64,000 nucleotides of DNA from positions 2,506-66,505 of the forward strand of contig CAYQTJ010000004.1 of the NCBI GenBank assembly GCA_964420395.1, read 5' to 3'. Shown one piece after another: positions 46,413 through 55,686 of this stretch. How positions within the stretch are numbered: the stretch's first letter is position 1; every line of letters starts with the position of its first letter. Position numbers and translations under genes: made by a program. This stretch comes from an uncultured Fibrobacteraceae bacterium (GTDB lineage: Bacteria > Krumholzibacteriota > Krumholzibacteriia > LZORAL124-64-63). The notes below the pieces were generated by a model. It was given only the letters and a program-made list of their open reading frames with translations, had not been told where the DNA came from and ran no database searches.

Positions 46413-48001
46413 GGAGCCGCGGACGCGCCGACTCCGCCTGGGTGCCCGACCCGGCCTGGCTCCATCCGGACCGGGCGGCGCAGGACGCCGAGGGGATCAG
46501 CGGCGGCTTCCTGCTGCTGGTCACGCTGCTGGCGGCGGTGGTGCGGTTCTACCACCTCGGCGGGCAGCCGCTCTGGGTCGACGAGGAGATGACCTGGGCG
46601 ATGATCCGCCCCGACGCAGGGCTGTCGTTCGGCCGCCAGCTGCTCGACGAGATCCAGGGACCGCTCTATCTCGCGGCGAGCTGGCCGCTGGCGCGGGAGT
46701 TCGGGCTGTCGGAGTCGTGGGTGCGGGCGCCGGCGGCGCTGGCCGGCGTGCTGGCGGTGCCGCTGGCCGGGCTGCTCGGGCGGCGGCTGTGCGGGGCGCG
46801 CACGGGGCGCCTGCTGGCGCTCCTGCTGGCCGTCAGTCCGTTCCACCTCTGGTACAGCCAGGAGGCGCGGGGCTACAGCTTCCTGGTGCTGTTCGCGATC
46901 CTCTCGACCCTGGCCTTCCTGCGGCTCGCGGAGTCGCCGCGCGGCGGACGGGCGGCGGCCTACGCGCTGGCCGCGGCCGCGATGGCCTGGAGCAATCTGT
47001 CGGGGCTGTTCCTGATCGGGGCGCAGGCCGTGGCGGTCCTGATCGTGGTGCGTCCCCGGGGCGCGCGTGCCCGCTGGCTCTGGGTGGCCGCCTTCGGCCT
47101 GGTGGGGCTGGGGGTCCTGCCGTGGCTGCTGCGGGCGTCGGGCATCCTCGCCGTGGACCGGCTGCTGCCGGGGGCGGCGGCCGGCGCGGCGCTGAGGGGG
47201 GAAACCACCTTCAGCCCGCTGGCCCTGCCGTTCACCCTGTTCGCCTTCCTCTTCGGCTACAGCCTCGGCCCGTCGCTCGCGGAACTGCACCAGGCGGATC
47301 GCCTGGGGGTGGTGCGGGCGCACTGGCCGGTGCTGGCCGCGGCGGCCACCGCCGCCGCGGTGGTGCTCGCGGCCGGCGTGGCGCGCCTGGGTCGCCGCAC
47401 CGGGACCCTGCTCGCGCTCTGGATCCTGTTGCCGGCCGCGGCGATCAGCCTGCTGGCGCTGCAGAACGTGAAGCCGTTCAATCCCCGATACCTGGCGGCG
47501 ACCTTCCCGCTGGTGCTGCTGGTCGCGGCCCGCGGCCTGGGGGGGCTGCCACGGCGCCTGGGCCGGGCGGGCGGTTTCCTGCTCTGCGGGCTCTGCCTCT
47601 GGTCGCTCTGGGGCTACCACGGCGACCCGCGCTACGCGAAGGAGGACGTGCGGGACGCGGCGGCGTGGGTCGGGGGGCGGGCCGAAGCGGGCGATCCGGT
47701 GATCGTGCCGGTGATCACCCGGGTCTGGAACCTCTATCACCAGGGACCGGGCCGCGTCGTGCCGATGTGGGAATCGACCACGGTCGCCGATGCCGCCACC
47801 GCGCGCGCCTTCCTGGTCCCGCGGATGGCCGGCGCCGCCCACGGCTTCCTGGTGCTGTCGCGAGCCTGGGAGATCGACCCCGACGGTCGGCTGGCCGCCG
47901 CGCTGGCTAGCGAGGCGCGCGTGGTCGAAGAGGTGCGTTTCCCCGGCGTGCGGGTGATGGAGTGGAGGCGCGAGCCGCCCCGGGCGGGGGACGGGCCATG
48001 A
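46409..48001 (+). CDS. ArnT/PMT-family (GT39/GT83-type) membrane glycosyltransferase
   Basis: ATGA overlap with the upstream gene. Polytopic. The N-terminal loop YHLGGQPLWVDEEMTWAMI and FHLWYSQEARGYSF resemble the 4-amino-arabinose/Dol-P-Man-dependent transferase family. Confidence 0.7.
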   Translation: MRSRGRADSAWVPDPAWLHPDRAAQDAEGISGGFLLLVTLLAAVVRFYHLGGQPLWVDEEMTWAMIRPDAGLSFGRQLLDEIQGPLYLAASWPLAREFGLSESWVRAPAALAGVLAVPLAGLLGRRLCGARTGRLLALLLAVSPFHLWYSQEARGYSFLVLFAILSTLAFLRLAESPRGGRAAAYALAAAAMAWSNLSGLFLIGAQAVAVLIVVRPRGARARWLWVAAFGLVGLGVLPWLLRASGILAVDRLLPGAAAGAALRGETTFSPLALPFTLFAFLFGYSLGPSLAELHQADRLGVVRAHWPVLAAAATAAAVVLAAGVARLGRRTGTLLALWILLPAAAISLLALQNVKPFNPRYLAATFPLVLLVAARGLGGLPRRLGRAGGFLLCGLCLWSLWGYHGDPRYAKEDVRDAAAWVGGRAEAGDPVIVPVITRVWNLYHQGPGRVVPMWESTTVADAATARAFLVPRMAGAAHGFLVLSRAWEIDPDGRLAAALASEARVVEEVRFPGVRVMEWRREPPRAGDGP

Positions 48002-48684
48002 GCCACGATCTCTTCGCGGCGCGGGGGGGCTTCGACGCCTTCCTGGGCGACGCCGCGGGCGACCTGCCGCGCCCGGACACCGTCCCGTTCGCCGTGGGCA
48101 AGCGGCTGTTCGACCTGGCCGCCGCGCTCGGCGGCCTGCTGCTGCTGCTGCCGCTCTTCCCGTTCCTCGTGCTCCTGATCCGTCTCGACACCCCGGGGCC
48201 GATCTTCTTCCGCCAGGAGCGGGTCGGGCGGTACGGGCGCCGGTTCACCTGCTGGAAGTTCCGCTCCATGGTGTGCGATGCCGAGGCGCGCAAGCGGGAC
48301 ATCTCCTATCTCAACGAAGCCACCGGCGCCGCCTTCAAGATCAAGGACGATCCGCGCATCACCGGCGTCGGCCGGTTCATTCGGCGCAGCAGCCTCGACG
48401 AATTCCCGCAGCTGTTCAACGTCCTGCGGGGGGAGATGTCGATCGTCGGACCGCGGCCGCAGATCCCCGACGAGGTGGCACAGTACACGCCACGACAGGC
48501 CGCGCGCCTGCTCGTCAAGCCGGGGCTGACCTGCCTGTGGCAGGTGTCGGGGCGCAGCCAGCTCGATTTCGAGGAGTGGATGTCGCTGGACCTGGAATAC
48601 GTGCGGCGCCGCAGCCTCGGCCTCGACTTCTGGATCCTGGGCCGCACCCTGCCGGCGGTCATCGAGCGCAAAGGCGCGTACTAG
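47998..48684 (+). CDS. polyprenyl-phosphate sugar phosphotransferase (bacterial sugar transferase, WbaP/CpsE/PglC C-terminal-domain type)
   Basis: ATGA overlap with the upstream gene. KRLFDLAAALGGLLLLLPLFPFLVLLIRLDTPGPIFFRQERVGRYGRRFTCWKFRSMVCDAE...DDPRITGVGRFIRRSSLDEFPQLFNVLRGEMSIVGPRP is canonical. Confidence 0.8.
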   Translation: MSHDLFAARGGFDAFLGDAAGDLPRPDTVPFAVGKRLFDLAAALGGLLLLLPLFPFLVLLIRLDTPGPIFFRQERVGRYGRRFTCWKFRSMVCDAEARKRDISYLNEATGAAFKIKDDPRITGVGRFIRRSSLDEFPQLFNVLRGEMSIVGPRPQIPDEVAQYTPRQAARLLVKPGLTCLWQVSGRSQLDFEEWMSLDLEYVRRRSLGLDFWILGRTLPAVIERKGAY

Positions 48685-48692
48685 GGGGCCTC

Positions 48693-49067
48693 TTGCTCGG
48701 ACTCGGGGCCGACCTGGTGGAGGTTTCGCGCGTGGAGGCGCTGCTGCGGCGTCACGGCGCCCGCTTCCGGGAGCGGATCTCGAGCGCGGCCGAGCTGGCC
48801 GGCGGTCCCGCGGCGACCGCCGCCGGCGAGGCGGCGGCGCTGGCGGAGCGCTGGGCGGCCAAGGAGGCCTGCCTGAAGGCGCTGGGGGCGGGCGCCGCCG
48901 GCGTGCCCCTGTCGGCGATCGAGGTGATCGCCGGGCGGGAGGGGGCGCCGGCGCTGCGGCTGCGGGGGGCCGCGGCGGCGGCGCTGGCGGCGATGGGGGG
49001 CAGCTCGGCCCACCTCGCGCTCGCGCGGGCCGGCGACTGGGCCGCGGCGCTCGTGGCGATCGCCTGA
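48693..49067 (+). CDS. acpS: holo-[acyl-carrier-protein] synthase (4'-phosphopantetheinyl transferase, AcpS type)
   Basis: TTG start 8 nt after AGGGGG. LGLGADLVEVSRVEALL...RFRERISSAAEL...ERWAAKEACLKALG is the AcpS signature. Confidence 0.7.
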   Translation: MLGLGADLVEVSRVEALLRRHGARFRERISSAAELAGGPAATAAGEAAALAERWAAKEACLKALGAGAAGVPLSAIEVIAGREGAPALRLRGAAAAALAAMGGSSAHLALARAGDWAAALVAIA

Positions 49068-49168
49068 GATGACGCGGCGGAGGGAGCTTGCCCGGCCGCG
49101 CTCCTGCGGATATCATCCGGCTGCCGACGATCGGGCGAAACCGCGGTCGTTCCGGGAGGGACGTGCCT

Positions 49169-50101
49169 TTGCTCCGGCTGGACTACCTGCAGTTGGACGT
49201 CTTCACCGACCGCCCGTTCGGGGGGAGTCGGCTCACGCTCTTTCCGCGCGGCGAGGGGCTCTCCGGCCGCCTGATGCAGGCCATCGCCGGCGAGGTGGGC
49301 TGCGGCGAGACCGCCTTCGTGCTGCCCAGCCGCCAGCGTCGGCAGAACTGGTGGGCGCTGCGCATCTTCACGCCCCGCGCGGAGATCCCGTTCGCCGGCC
49401 ATTCGGTGCTCGGCGCCGCCTGCGCGCTCGACCACCTCGGCCTGCTCGCGCACAGTGGCGATCGCACGCTGTGCGAGTGGGAACTCGAGGCGGGGTATTT
49501 TCCGGTGGTGATCCGGGACGAGGGGGGCAGTCCCCTCTACAGCCTCGTGCACAACCCGCCGGTGTTCCTCGGCCGCTACTACCACCGGGATCGCGTGGCG
49601 CGTGCGCTTGGCCTGCCGGTGGAAGAGCTGGCGATCACCGGACTGCCGTGCGAGGTGATCTCGACCGGCCTGCCGATCCACGTCGTGCCGGTCGGCTCGC
49701 TGGCTGCCGTGCAGAGCATCGTGCCGCGCGCGGCCGAGACCGAGGCGATCGCCGCCGATCTCGGCTTCGGCGACCTGTTCGTGTTCACGTGCGAGACGGA
49801 AGCCGAAGACGCCGACGTGCATTGCCGGATGTTCGCGCCCCACTTCGGCATTCCCGAGGATCCGGCGAGCGGCTCGGCCATGGGGGCGCTGGCGGCGTAC
49901 CTGATCAAGCACCGCCTCGTGGCCATGGAGCCGCACCTGCGGCTCGTCGGCGAGCAGGGGCTGGAGATGGGCCGTCCCAGCCGCCTGATCGTCGAGGCCG
50001 AGATCGAGAACGGACAGGCCAGCCTGATCCAGGTGGGGGGGCGCTGCCTCGTCGTGGGCGAGGGGCGGCTCACCCTCGCGGGTGACCCCTTCGCGAGTTG
50101 A
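49169..50101 (+). CDS. PhzF-family phenazine-biosynthesis-like isomerase
   Basis: LQLDVFTDRPFGGSRLTLF...GEVGCGETAFVLP...PFAGHSVLGAACAL match the conserved PhzF motifs. The start is ambiguous (GTG 49163 or TTG 49169, after GGGAGGG). Confidence 0.7.
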   Translation: MLRLDYLQLDVFTDRPFGGSRLTLFPRGEGLSGRLMQAIAGEVGCGETAFVLPSRQRRQNWWALRIFTPRAEIPFAGHSVLGAACALDHLGLLAHSGDRTLCEWELEAGYFPVVIRDEGGSPLYSLVHNPPVFLGRYYHRDRVARALGLPVEELAITGLPCEVISTGLPIHVVPVGSLAAVQSIVPRAAETEAIAADLGFGDLFVFTCETEAEDADVHCRMFAPHFGIPEDPASGSAMGALAAYLIKHRLVAMEPHLRLVGEQGLEMGRPSRLIVEAEIENGQASLIQVGGRCLVVGEGRLTLAGDPFAS

Positions 50102-50138
50102 ATCCTGCGACTGCCGGAGCGAAAGGAGCCGACGCCCG

Positions 50139-51797
50139 ATGACCACGCCCGCCGGACTGAGCCCCGAGATGTGCGACATGGTGGTGCAGACCCTGCGCCA
50201 GGTGGTGAAGCGCGACCTTCCCGACGAACGGGTGCTGGCGCTCGATCACGACGAGACCTTCCCGGAGGAGTTCATCCGAACCCTGCTTTCGCCCGAGGTG
50301 GGACTGCACCTGCTGTTCCTCCCCGAAGCCGTGGGGGGGCTCGGCGGCGGCGCGCGCGACATCTGCCGCGTCTCGGAAGAGATGGCGGGCATCGACCTGG
50401 GGGTGGCCACCGCGTTCCTGGCCATCTGCCTCGGAACCGATCCGATCATCGTGGGGGGCACGCCGGAGCAGAAGACGCGCTGGTTGTCGCGCATCGCGGG
50501 CGAGGGGCTGATCGTCGCCTACGGCGTGACCGAGCCGGCGGCCGGCAGCAACGTGGCGGCGCTCCAGACGCGGGCCGAGCCGGTGCGCGATCCGGCCGGC
50601 ACGATCACGCACTACCGCCTCAACGGCGCGAAGCAGTTCATCACCAATGGCGGCGTGGCGCAGCTGTACACGATCCTGGCGCAGGCCCCCGCGGGGCCGA
50701 CATTCTTCGTGGTGGAGCGCGACACGCCCGGGGTGTCGGCCGGCAGGCAGGAGGACAAGCACGGCATCCGGGCGTCCAACACGACCAGCGTCCTGCTCGA
50801 GGACGTGCTGGTGCCGGCGGACCAGTTGATCGGTCTCGAGGAGGGGCGGGGCCTGAAGCAGGCCAACGCGGTCTTCGGCTACACGCGGCTCATGGTGGGC
50901 GCGTTCGGGCTCGGCGCGGGCCAGATGGCGCTCGACCGGGCGCTCGACTACGCCCGCTCGCGCGTCCAGTTCGGCTCGCCGCTGATCGAGAAGCAGGGTT
51001 ACACGCACAAGCTGCTGGTGCCGAACTGGGTCGACCTGGCGGCCGGCCGGGCGTACGTGCGGGAGATCGCGCTGCGCATCGACTCGGGGGAGCACGACCT
51101 GCAGGTGGAGGGCTCGATCGCCAAGCTCTGGTGCACCGAGGCGGGCAACCGCGCCGCGGACGCCGCGCTGCAGGCCTTCGGCGGCTATGGCTACACGCGC
51201 GAGTACATGGTCGAGAAGATCCGGCGCGACGTGCGCATCACGAGCATCTACGAGGGAACCAGCGAGATCCAGCAGAGCATCATCGGACTGTTCCGCTGGA
51301 AGGAGACCGTCCGCTCGAAGGGGGCCTTCTACGGCGACGCCGCCGCCTCGCTCGACGCGCTGCACGAGCGGCATCCGCAGGTGGGGGCCCGGCTCGCGGC
51401 GGTGGCGCTGCGCACGCTGGGGGAGGCGATCCTCCATTGCCACGCGGCGGGGTTGACCAGGCAGCAGATCGTCCAGTTCACCCTCGCCGACATGGCCACG
51501 GCGGCGGAGGTGGCGGGGGCGTTCTGCCGCCTGACCGCCGCCGAGGCCGACGCCGGCGCGGCCGACGCGACGACGCGGGCCGCGATGAGCCGGCAGTGCG
51601 CGCGGCAGGCGCTGGCGGCGGTGCGGCGCGGAGCCCTGGAGTGCGCGTTGGGCCAGGTCGATCCGGCGGACGAGGCGCAACTGGCACAGGCGGCGCCGGC
51701 GGTGGCGACCCTGGCGCCGGTGGAGGCCTGGCGGACCCTGGCGGGCGGGTGGCGGGACCACGATCTGATCGCGCAGCACCTGCGGGGGCTCGCCTAG
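50139..51797 (+). CDS. acyl-CoA dehydrogenase with ~170-aa Ala-rich C-terminal extension
   Basis: ATG after AAAGGAG. ACAD core (GVTEPAAGSNVAALQTRAE, QAFGGYGYTREYMVEKIRRDVRITSIYEGTSEIQ) followed by an extra C-terminal domain. Confidence 0.85.
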   Translation: MTTPAGLSPEMCDMVVQTLRQVVKRDLPDERVLALDHDETFPEEFIRTLLSPEVGLHLLFLPEAVGGLGGGARDICRVSEEMAGIDLGVATAFLAICLGTDPIIVGGTPEQKTRWLSRIAGEGLIVAYGVTEPAAGSNVAALQTRAEPVRDPAGTITHYRLNGAKQFITNGGVAQLYTILAQAPAGPTFFVVERDTPGVSAGRQEDKHGIRASNTTSVLLEDVLVPADQLIGLEEGRGLKQANAVFGYTRLMVGAFGLGAGQMALDRALDYARSRVQFGSPLIEKQGYTHKLLVPNWVDLAAGRAYVREIALRIDSGEHDLQVEGSIAKLWCTEAGNRAADAALQAFGGYGYTREYMVEKIRRDVRITSIYEGTSEIQQSIIGLFRWKETVRSKGAFYGDAAASLDALHERHPQVGARLAAVALRTLGEAILHCHAAGLTRQQIVQFTLADMATAAEVAGAFCRLTAAEADAGAADATTRAAMSRQCARQALAAVRRGALECALGQVDPADEAQLAQAAPAVATLAPVEAWRTLAGGWRDHDLIAQHLRGLA

Positions 51798-51902
51798 GTC
51801 CGGATGGCGCCGCCGCGCCGCTCAAGCCGGGGGCGGGAGGCGCGATGTACAGACGCTGGCGGTCGCGGAGCGCCTCGCCGCCGCGGAGCCGGCAGGAGTG
51901 GC

Positions 51903-52703
51903 ATGGATGAGCCGGACGAAATGTCATGGACGACCCACCCGTTCCGCCGCCACCCCGGGCGCGGCCTGGCCGGTCTCGGCGTGAGCCTCGCCGCGCTGGC
52001 GCTGGTGCAGGCGTGGGCGCGGACGGCCGCGCTCACCGGGCTGGGGGCGCTGCTGCTGGCGGTGTCGCTCTGGCCGTTCTACTTCCCCACGCGCTGGCGG
52101 GTCGACGGGACCGGCGTCGCGGCCGACTACGGGCTGTGGCGACGGCGATGGCCCTGGGAGCGTTTCCGGGCCTGCGTCCCGCTGCCGGGCGCGGTGGTGC
52201 TGACCCCCCTTCGCCCGGCCGCACCCGCTGGAGCGCTGGCGCGCGGTCGTGGTGCCGTGCCCGGACGCGGGGGAGCGGCTGCTGGCGACGCTGTCCCGGC
52301 GTCTGCCCTGCCGGGACGGGAAGGGGGGGGGTGCCGCGTGAACGCGCCCCGGTCCCAGCCGCCGGCCCTGCCCGGCGCGGCGGCGCTCGCCGAAGCGACC
52401 GGCCCTCGGCCCGCCACACTCGAGGCCGCGGACGACCTCCTGCTGGCCGAACTGGCCCTCGCGGTGCAGCGGCGCGGCCTGGCCACCCCCGCGGTGCTTT
52501 GGCTGGAGAGCCTGCGGCCGCTCTCGTTCGTCGGCGCGCAGGCGATGCACGCGCTGACCCCCTTCGTCCAACTGCTGACCAGGGGTGCCCGGTTCGAACG
52601 GCTCGCCGAGATCTTCGAGGATCGCGGGCACCTGGAGCGCTTCCTGCGCCTGATCGAGACCGCGGCGGCGGCGCCGGCCGCAAGGACGGAGGGCCCGCAG
52701 TGA
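51903..52703 (+). CDS. hypothetical protein; N-terminal two-helix membrane/bPH-like part, possibly two fused or adjacent genes
   Basis: Two hydrophobic helices, then RWRVDGTGVAADYGLWRRRWPWERF. An in-frame GTG at 52338 after a G-rich SD-like run could start a separate ~121-aa soluble protein. Ends in GTGA overlap with the next gene. Confidence 0.35.
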   Translation: MDEPDEMSWTTHPFRRHPGRGLAGLGVSLAALALVQAWARTAALTGLGALLLAVSLWPFYFPTRWRVDGTGVAADYGLWRRRWPWERFRACVPLPGAVVLTPLRPAAPAGALARGRGAVPGRGGAAAGDAVPASALPGREGGGCRVNAPRSQPPALPGAAALAEATGPRPATLEAADDLLLAELALAVQRRGLATPAVLWLESLRPLSFVGAQAMHALTPFVQLLTRGARFERLAEIFEDRGHLERFLRLIETAAAAPAARTEGPQ

Positions 52704-54553
52704 GCGCCCCCGCCGGCGGTCCGCACCCGGCCGCGCCGCCCCCCGCCGCCTGCGACGTCATTCTGGTCACCGACTGCGGATCGACCTCGACGAAGGCGAT
52801 CCTCGTCGAGCGCCGCGACGGACGGTTCCGCCTGACCGCCCGGGGCGAGGCGCCGACGACCGTGGAGGCCCCCTGGGAGGACGTCACGCGCGGCGTGCGC
52901 AACGCGATCGCCGAAGTGTCCGAACTGTCCGGCCGGCGGCTCCTCGACCCCGCGACCGGCGCCCTGCTCCGCCCGGCGCGCGACGGCGAGGGGGTGGACC
53001 TCTTCCTCAGCACCAGCAGCGCCGGCGGCGGGCTGCAGATGCTGGTGGCGGGAGTCGTGCGCAACATGACCGCCGAGAGCGCCGAGCGGGCCGCGCTGGG
53101 CGCCGGGGCCATCGTGATGGACGTCATCGCGTTCAACGATCCGCGCCGGCCGCACGAGCAGATCGAGCGGATCCGGCAGCTTCGTCCCGACATGATCCTG
53201 CTCAGCGGCGCCGTCGACGGGGGCAGCACCAGCCACGTGGTCAAGCTGGCGGAGCTGGTCGCCGCGGCCGAGCCGCGGCCGCGCCTCGGCGGGGCGGGCG
53301 AGCTGCCGGTCGTCTACGCGGGCAACGTCGACGCGCGGGCCGCGGTCGCCGCCGCCTTCGGCGGCCGGGTGGACCTCGTGATGGTGGACAACCTGCGGCC
53401 GGTCCTGGAGCGGGAGAACCTCGGTCCGGCGCGGGAGAAGATCCACGACGTCTTCCTGGAGCACGTCATGGCGCGGGCGCCCGGCTACCTCGCCCTGATG
53501 GCCATGTGCGACCATCCGATCATGCCTACGCCCGCGGCCGTCGGCATGATGGTGCAGTCGATCTCGGCCGAGGGGGGGCGCGACGTGCTGGCGGTCGACA
53601 TCGGCGGCGCCACGACCGATGTCTTCTCCGTCTTCGACGGGCAGTTCAACCGCACGGTCAGCGCGAACCTGGGGATGAGCTACAGCGTGGCCAACGTGCT
53701 GCGCAGCGCGGGGCTGGAGAACGTGAAGCGGTGGGTGCCGGCGCCGATCGAGGAGCGCGACCTGCGGGATCGCCTGCTCAACAAGATGATCCGCCCCACG
53801 ACGCTCCCGCAGCTGATGAGCGACCTGCTCGTGGAGCAGGCGGTGGCCCGGGAGGCGCTGCGCCTCGCCTTCGCGCAGCACCGGGCTTTCGCCACGCGAC
53901 GCCTGATGGGGGTCCACCGGCGGCGCACCATCGGCGACGCCTTCCGGCAGGACGACGAGGACCAGAGCCTCGTCAACCTGCTGGACCTCGACCTGCTCAT
54001 CGGATCGGGCGGGGTGCTCTCGCACGCGCCGCGCCGCGCGCAGGCGGCGCTGATGCTGGTGGACGCCTTCCTGCCCGAGGGGCTGACCAGGCTGGCCGTG
54101 GATTCGGTGTTCATGCTGCCGCAACTCGGGGTGCTCAACGGCGTCCACCCGGTCGCGGCGCACGAGGTATTGGCGAGCGACTGCCTGATCCCGCTGGGCT
54201 CCTGCCTGGCGCCCGTCGGTCCGGCGCTCCGGCCCGGCAGCCCGCTGGCGCGCGTGACGCTGGCGCTGGAGAGCGGCGCCACGCTGGAGGCGCGGGTGCT
54301 GGCGGGGGAAGTCGAACTGCTGCCGCTGGCGCGCGGCACGCGGGCGCGGCTGCGGGTGGAGCCGGGCCGCGGCTTCGACGTCGGGCGCGGCCCCGGCACC
54401 CCGCTCGAGACCGATGTCGCGGGGGGCGAGGTGGGCCTGATCCTGGACGGCCGCGGCCGGCCCCTGGCCTGGCCGGCGCGCGAGAGCGAGCGCCTCGATT
54501 GCCTGCGGCGGTGGCATGCCGCGCTCGACATCTACCCCGAGGGAGCCGCGTGA
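52700..54553 (+). CDS. GlmL/MutL-like ASKHA-superfamily ATPase (glutamate-mutase L-component-like) with C-terminal extension
   Basis: VILVTDCGSTSTKAILVE (phosphate-1 motif as in GlmL LIDFGSTFTK) ... VLAVDIGGATTDVFSV (phosphate-2/adenosine motif). The first 258 aa of the 875-aa ORF 51926..54553 are rejected because they overlap the upstream gene in another frame. Confidence 0.5.
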   Translation: MSAPAGGPHPAAPPPAACDVILVTDCGSTSTKAILVERRDGRFRLTARGEAPTTVEAPWEDVTRGVRNAIAEVSELSGRRLLDPATGALLRPARDGEGVDLFLSTSSAGGGLQMLVAGVVRNMTAESAERAALGAGAIVMDVIAFNDPRRPHEQIERIRQLRPDMILLSGAVDGGSTSHVVKLAELVAAAEPRPRLGGAGELPVVYAGNVDARAAVAAAFGGRVDLVMVDNLRPVLERENLGPAREKIHDVFLEHVMARAPGYLALMAMCDHPIMPTPAAVGMMVQSISAEGGRDVLAVDIGGATTDVFSVFDGQFNRTVSANLGMSYSVANVLRSAGLENVKRWVPAPIEERDLRDRLLNKMIRPTTLPQLMSDLLVEQAVAREALRLAFAQHRAFATRRLMGVHRRRTIGDAFRQDDEDQSLVNLLDLDLLIGSGGVLSHAPRRAQAALMLVDAFLPEGLTRLAVDSVFMLPQLGVLNGVHPVAAHEVLASDCLIPLGSCLAPVGPALRPGSPLARVTLALESGATLEARVLAGEVELLPLARGTRARLRVEPGRGFDVGRGPGTPLETDVAGGEVGLILDGRGRPLAWPARESERLDCLRRWHAALDIYPEGAA

Positions 54554-55665
54554 GCCACGCCTATTATCCCGGCCTGCGGGCCAGCGAGTGGGTCGCCCTG
54601 CGGCGGGAGCGCTTCCTGCCGGTCGAGGGCGAGGTCCTGGTGCGCGAAGGGCAGACGGTCGCGTCGGACACCGTGGTGGCGCGCACGATCCTGCGGGGGA
54701 CGCTCACGCCGGTGAACGTGGCGGCCAGTCTGGGGGTCGAGCCGGGCGAGGTCAACGAGGCGCTCCTGAAGCGCGCCGGCGAGGCGGTGTGCCAGGGCGA
54801 GCTGCTCGCCCGCACGAAGGGGGTCTTCGGGCTGTTGCGGGCCGAGTGCCGGGCGCCGGTCACCGGCACGATCGCCACGGCCTCGGTCGCGACCGGTCAG
54901 GTGATGATCGAGGGGCCGCCGCTGCCGGTGGAGGTCAAGGCGCACCTGGCCGGCACGGTGGTGTCGGTGCGGCCGGGGCGCGGGGCGACGATCGCCGCCG
55001 CGGGCACCTGGATCCAGGGGATCTTCGGCATCGGCGGCGAGGCGTGGGGGGCGATCGTCCTGGGGGTCTCGGCGCCGAGCGAACGGCTGACGGAGAAGGA
55101 GATCACCCCCGAGCTGCAGGGCAAGATCGTCGTGGGGGGCGCGCTGGTCACGCGTGAGGCGCTGGCGCGCGCCGCGCAACTCGGGATCGGCGCGATCGTC
55201 ACCGGCGGCGTGCACGCGCTCGATCTGGGCGAATTCATGGGTTGCGAGATCGGCGCCGGCGTGACCGGCGCCGAGCAGGTCGGCCTGACCCTGATCGTGA
55301 CCGAGGGTTTCGGCGAGATCGCCATGGCGCGCCGCACCTTCCGGCTGCTCGGCCAGCGCGAGGGCTTCCTGGCGAGCGTGAGCGGAGCCACCCAGATCCG
55401 GTCCGGGGTGCTGCGCCCCGAGATCATCGTGCCGGCGGCGACGGGGGAGCGCGGCGCGGCGGACGCCGTGGCGGCCGACGGCATCGCCGTCGGCACCTCC
55501 GTGCGGCTGGTGCGCGCGCCGCACTTCGGACAGCTCGGGACGGTGGTGGCCCTGCCGCCCGACCCGTGCGCGGTGGCGAGCGGCGCGGTCGTGCGGATCC
55601 TCGAGGCCGAACTGGAATCGGGCGTGCGGGTCACCGTGCCGCGCAGCAACGTCGAACTGTTCTGA
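54550..55665 (+). CDS. hypothetical soluble protein, coupled to the GlmL-like gene
   Basis: GTGA overlap. Gly-rich segments KIVVGGALV...GIGAIVTGGVHALDLGEFMG. No family recognised. Confidence 0.4.
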   Translation: MSHAYYPGLRASEWVALRRERFLPVEGEVLVREGQTVASDTVVARTILRGTLTPVNVAASLGVEPGEVNEALLKRAGEAVCQGELLARTKGVFGLLRAECRAPVTGTIATASVATGQVMIEGPPLPVEVKAHLAGTVVSVRPGRGATIAAAGTWIQGIFGIGGEAWGAIVLGVSAPSERLTEKEITPELQGKIVVGGALVTREALARAAQLGIGAIVTGGVHALDLGEFMGCEIGAGVTGAEQVGLTLIVTEGFGEIAMARRTFRLLGQREGFLASVSGATQIRSGVLRPEIIVPAATGERGAADAVAADGIAVGTSVRLVRAPHFGQLGTVVALPPDPCAVASGAVVRILEAELESGVRVTVPRSNVELF

Positions 55666-55686
55666 GCCGCTCCGCGAGGAGGCCGC

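Noticed and set aside
51926-54553. 875-aa ORF as one protein (the N-terminal 258 aa plus the GlmL-like ATPase).
   Set aside because: The N-terminal part overlaps the upstream membrane-protein gene out of frame and is Arg/Gly-rich. The GTG at 52700, with a GTGA overlap, gives the ASKHA protein starting exactly at its phosphate-1 motif.
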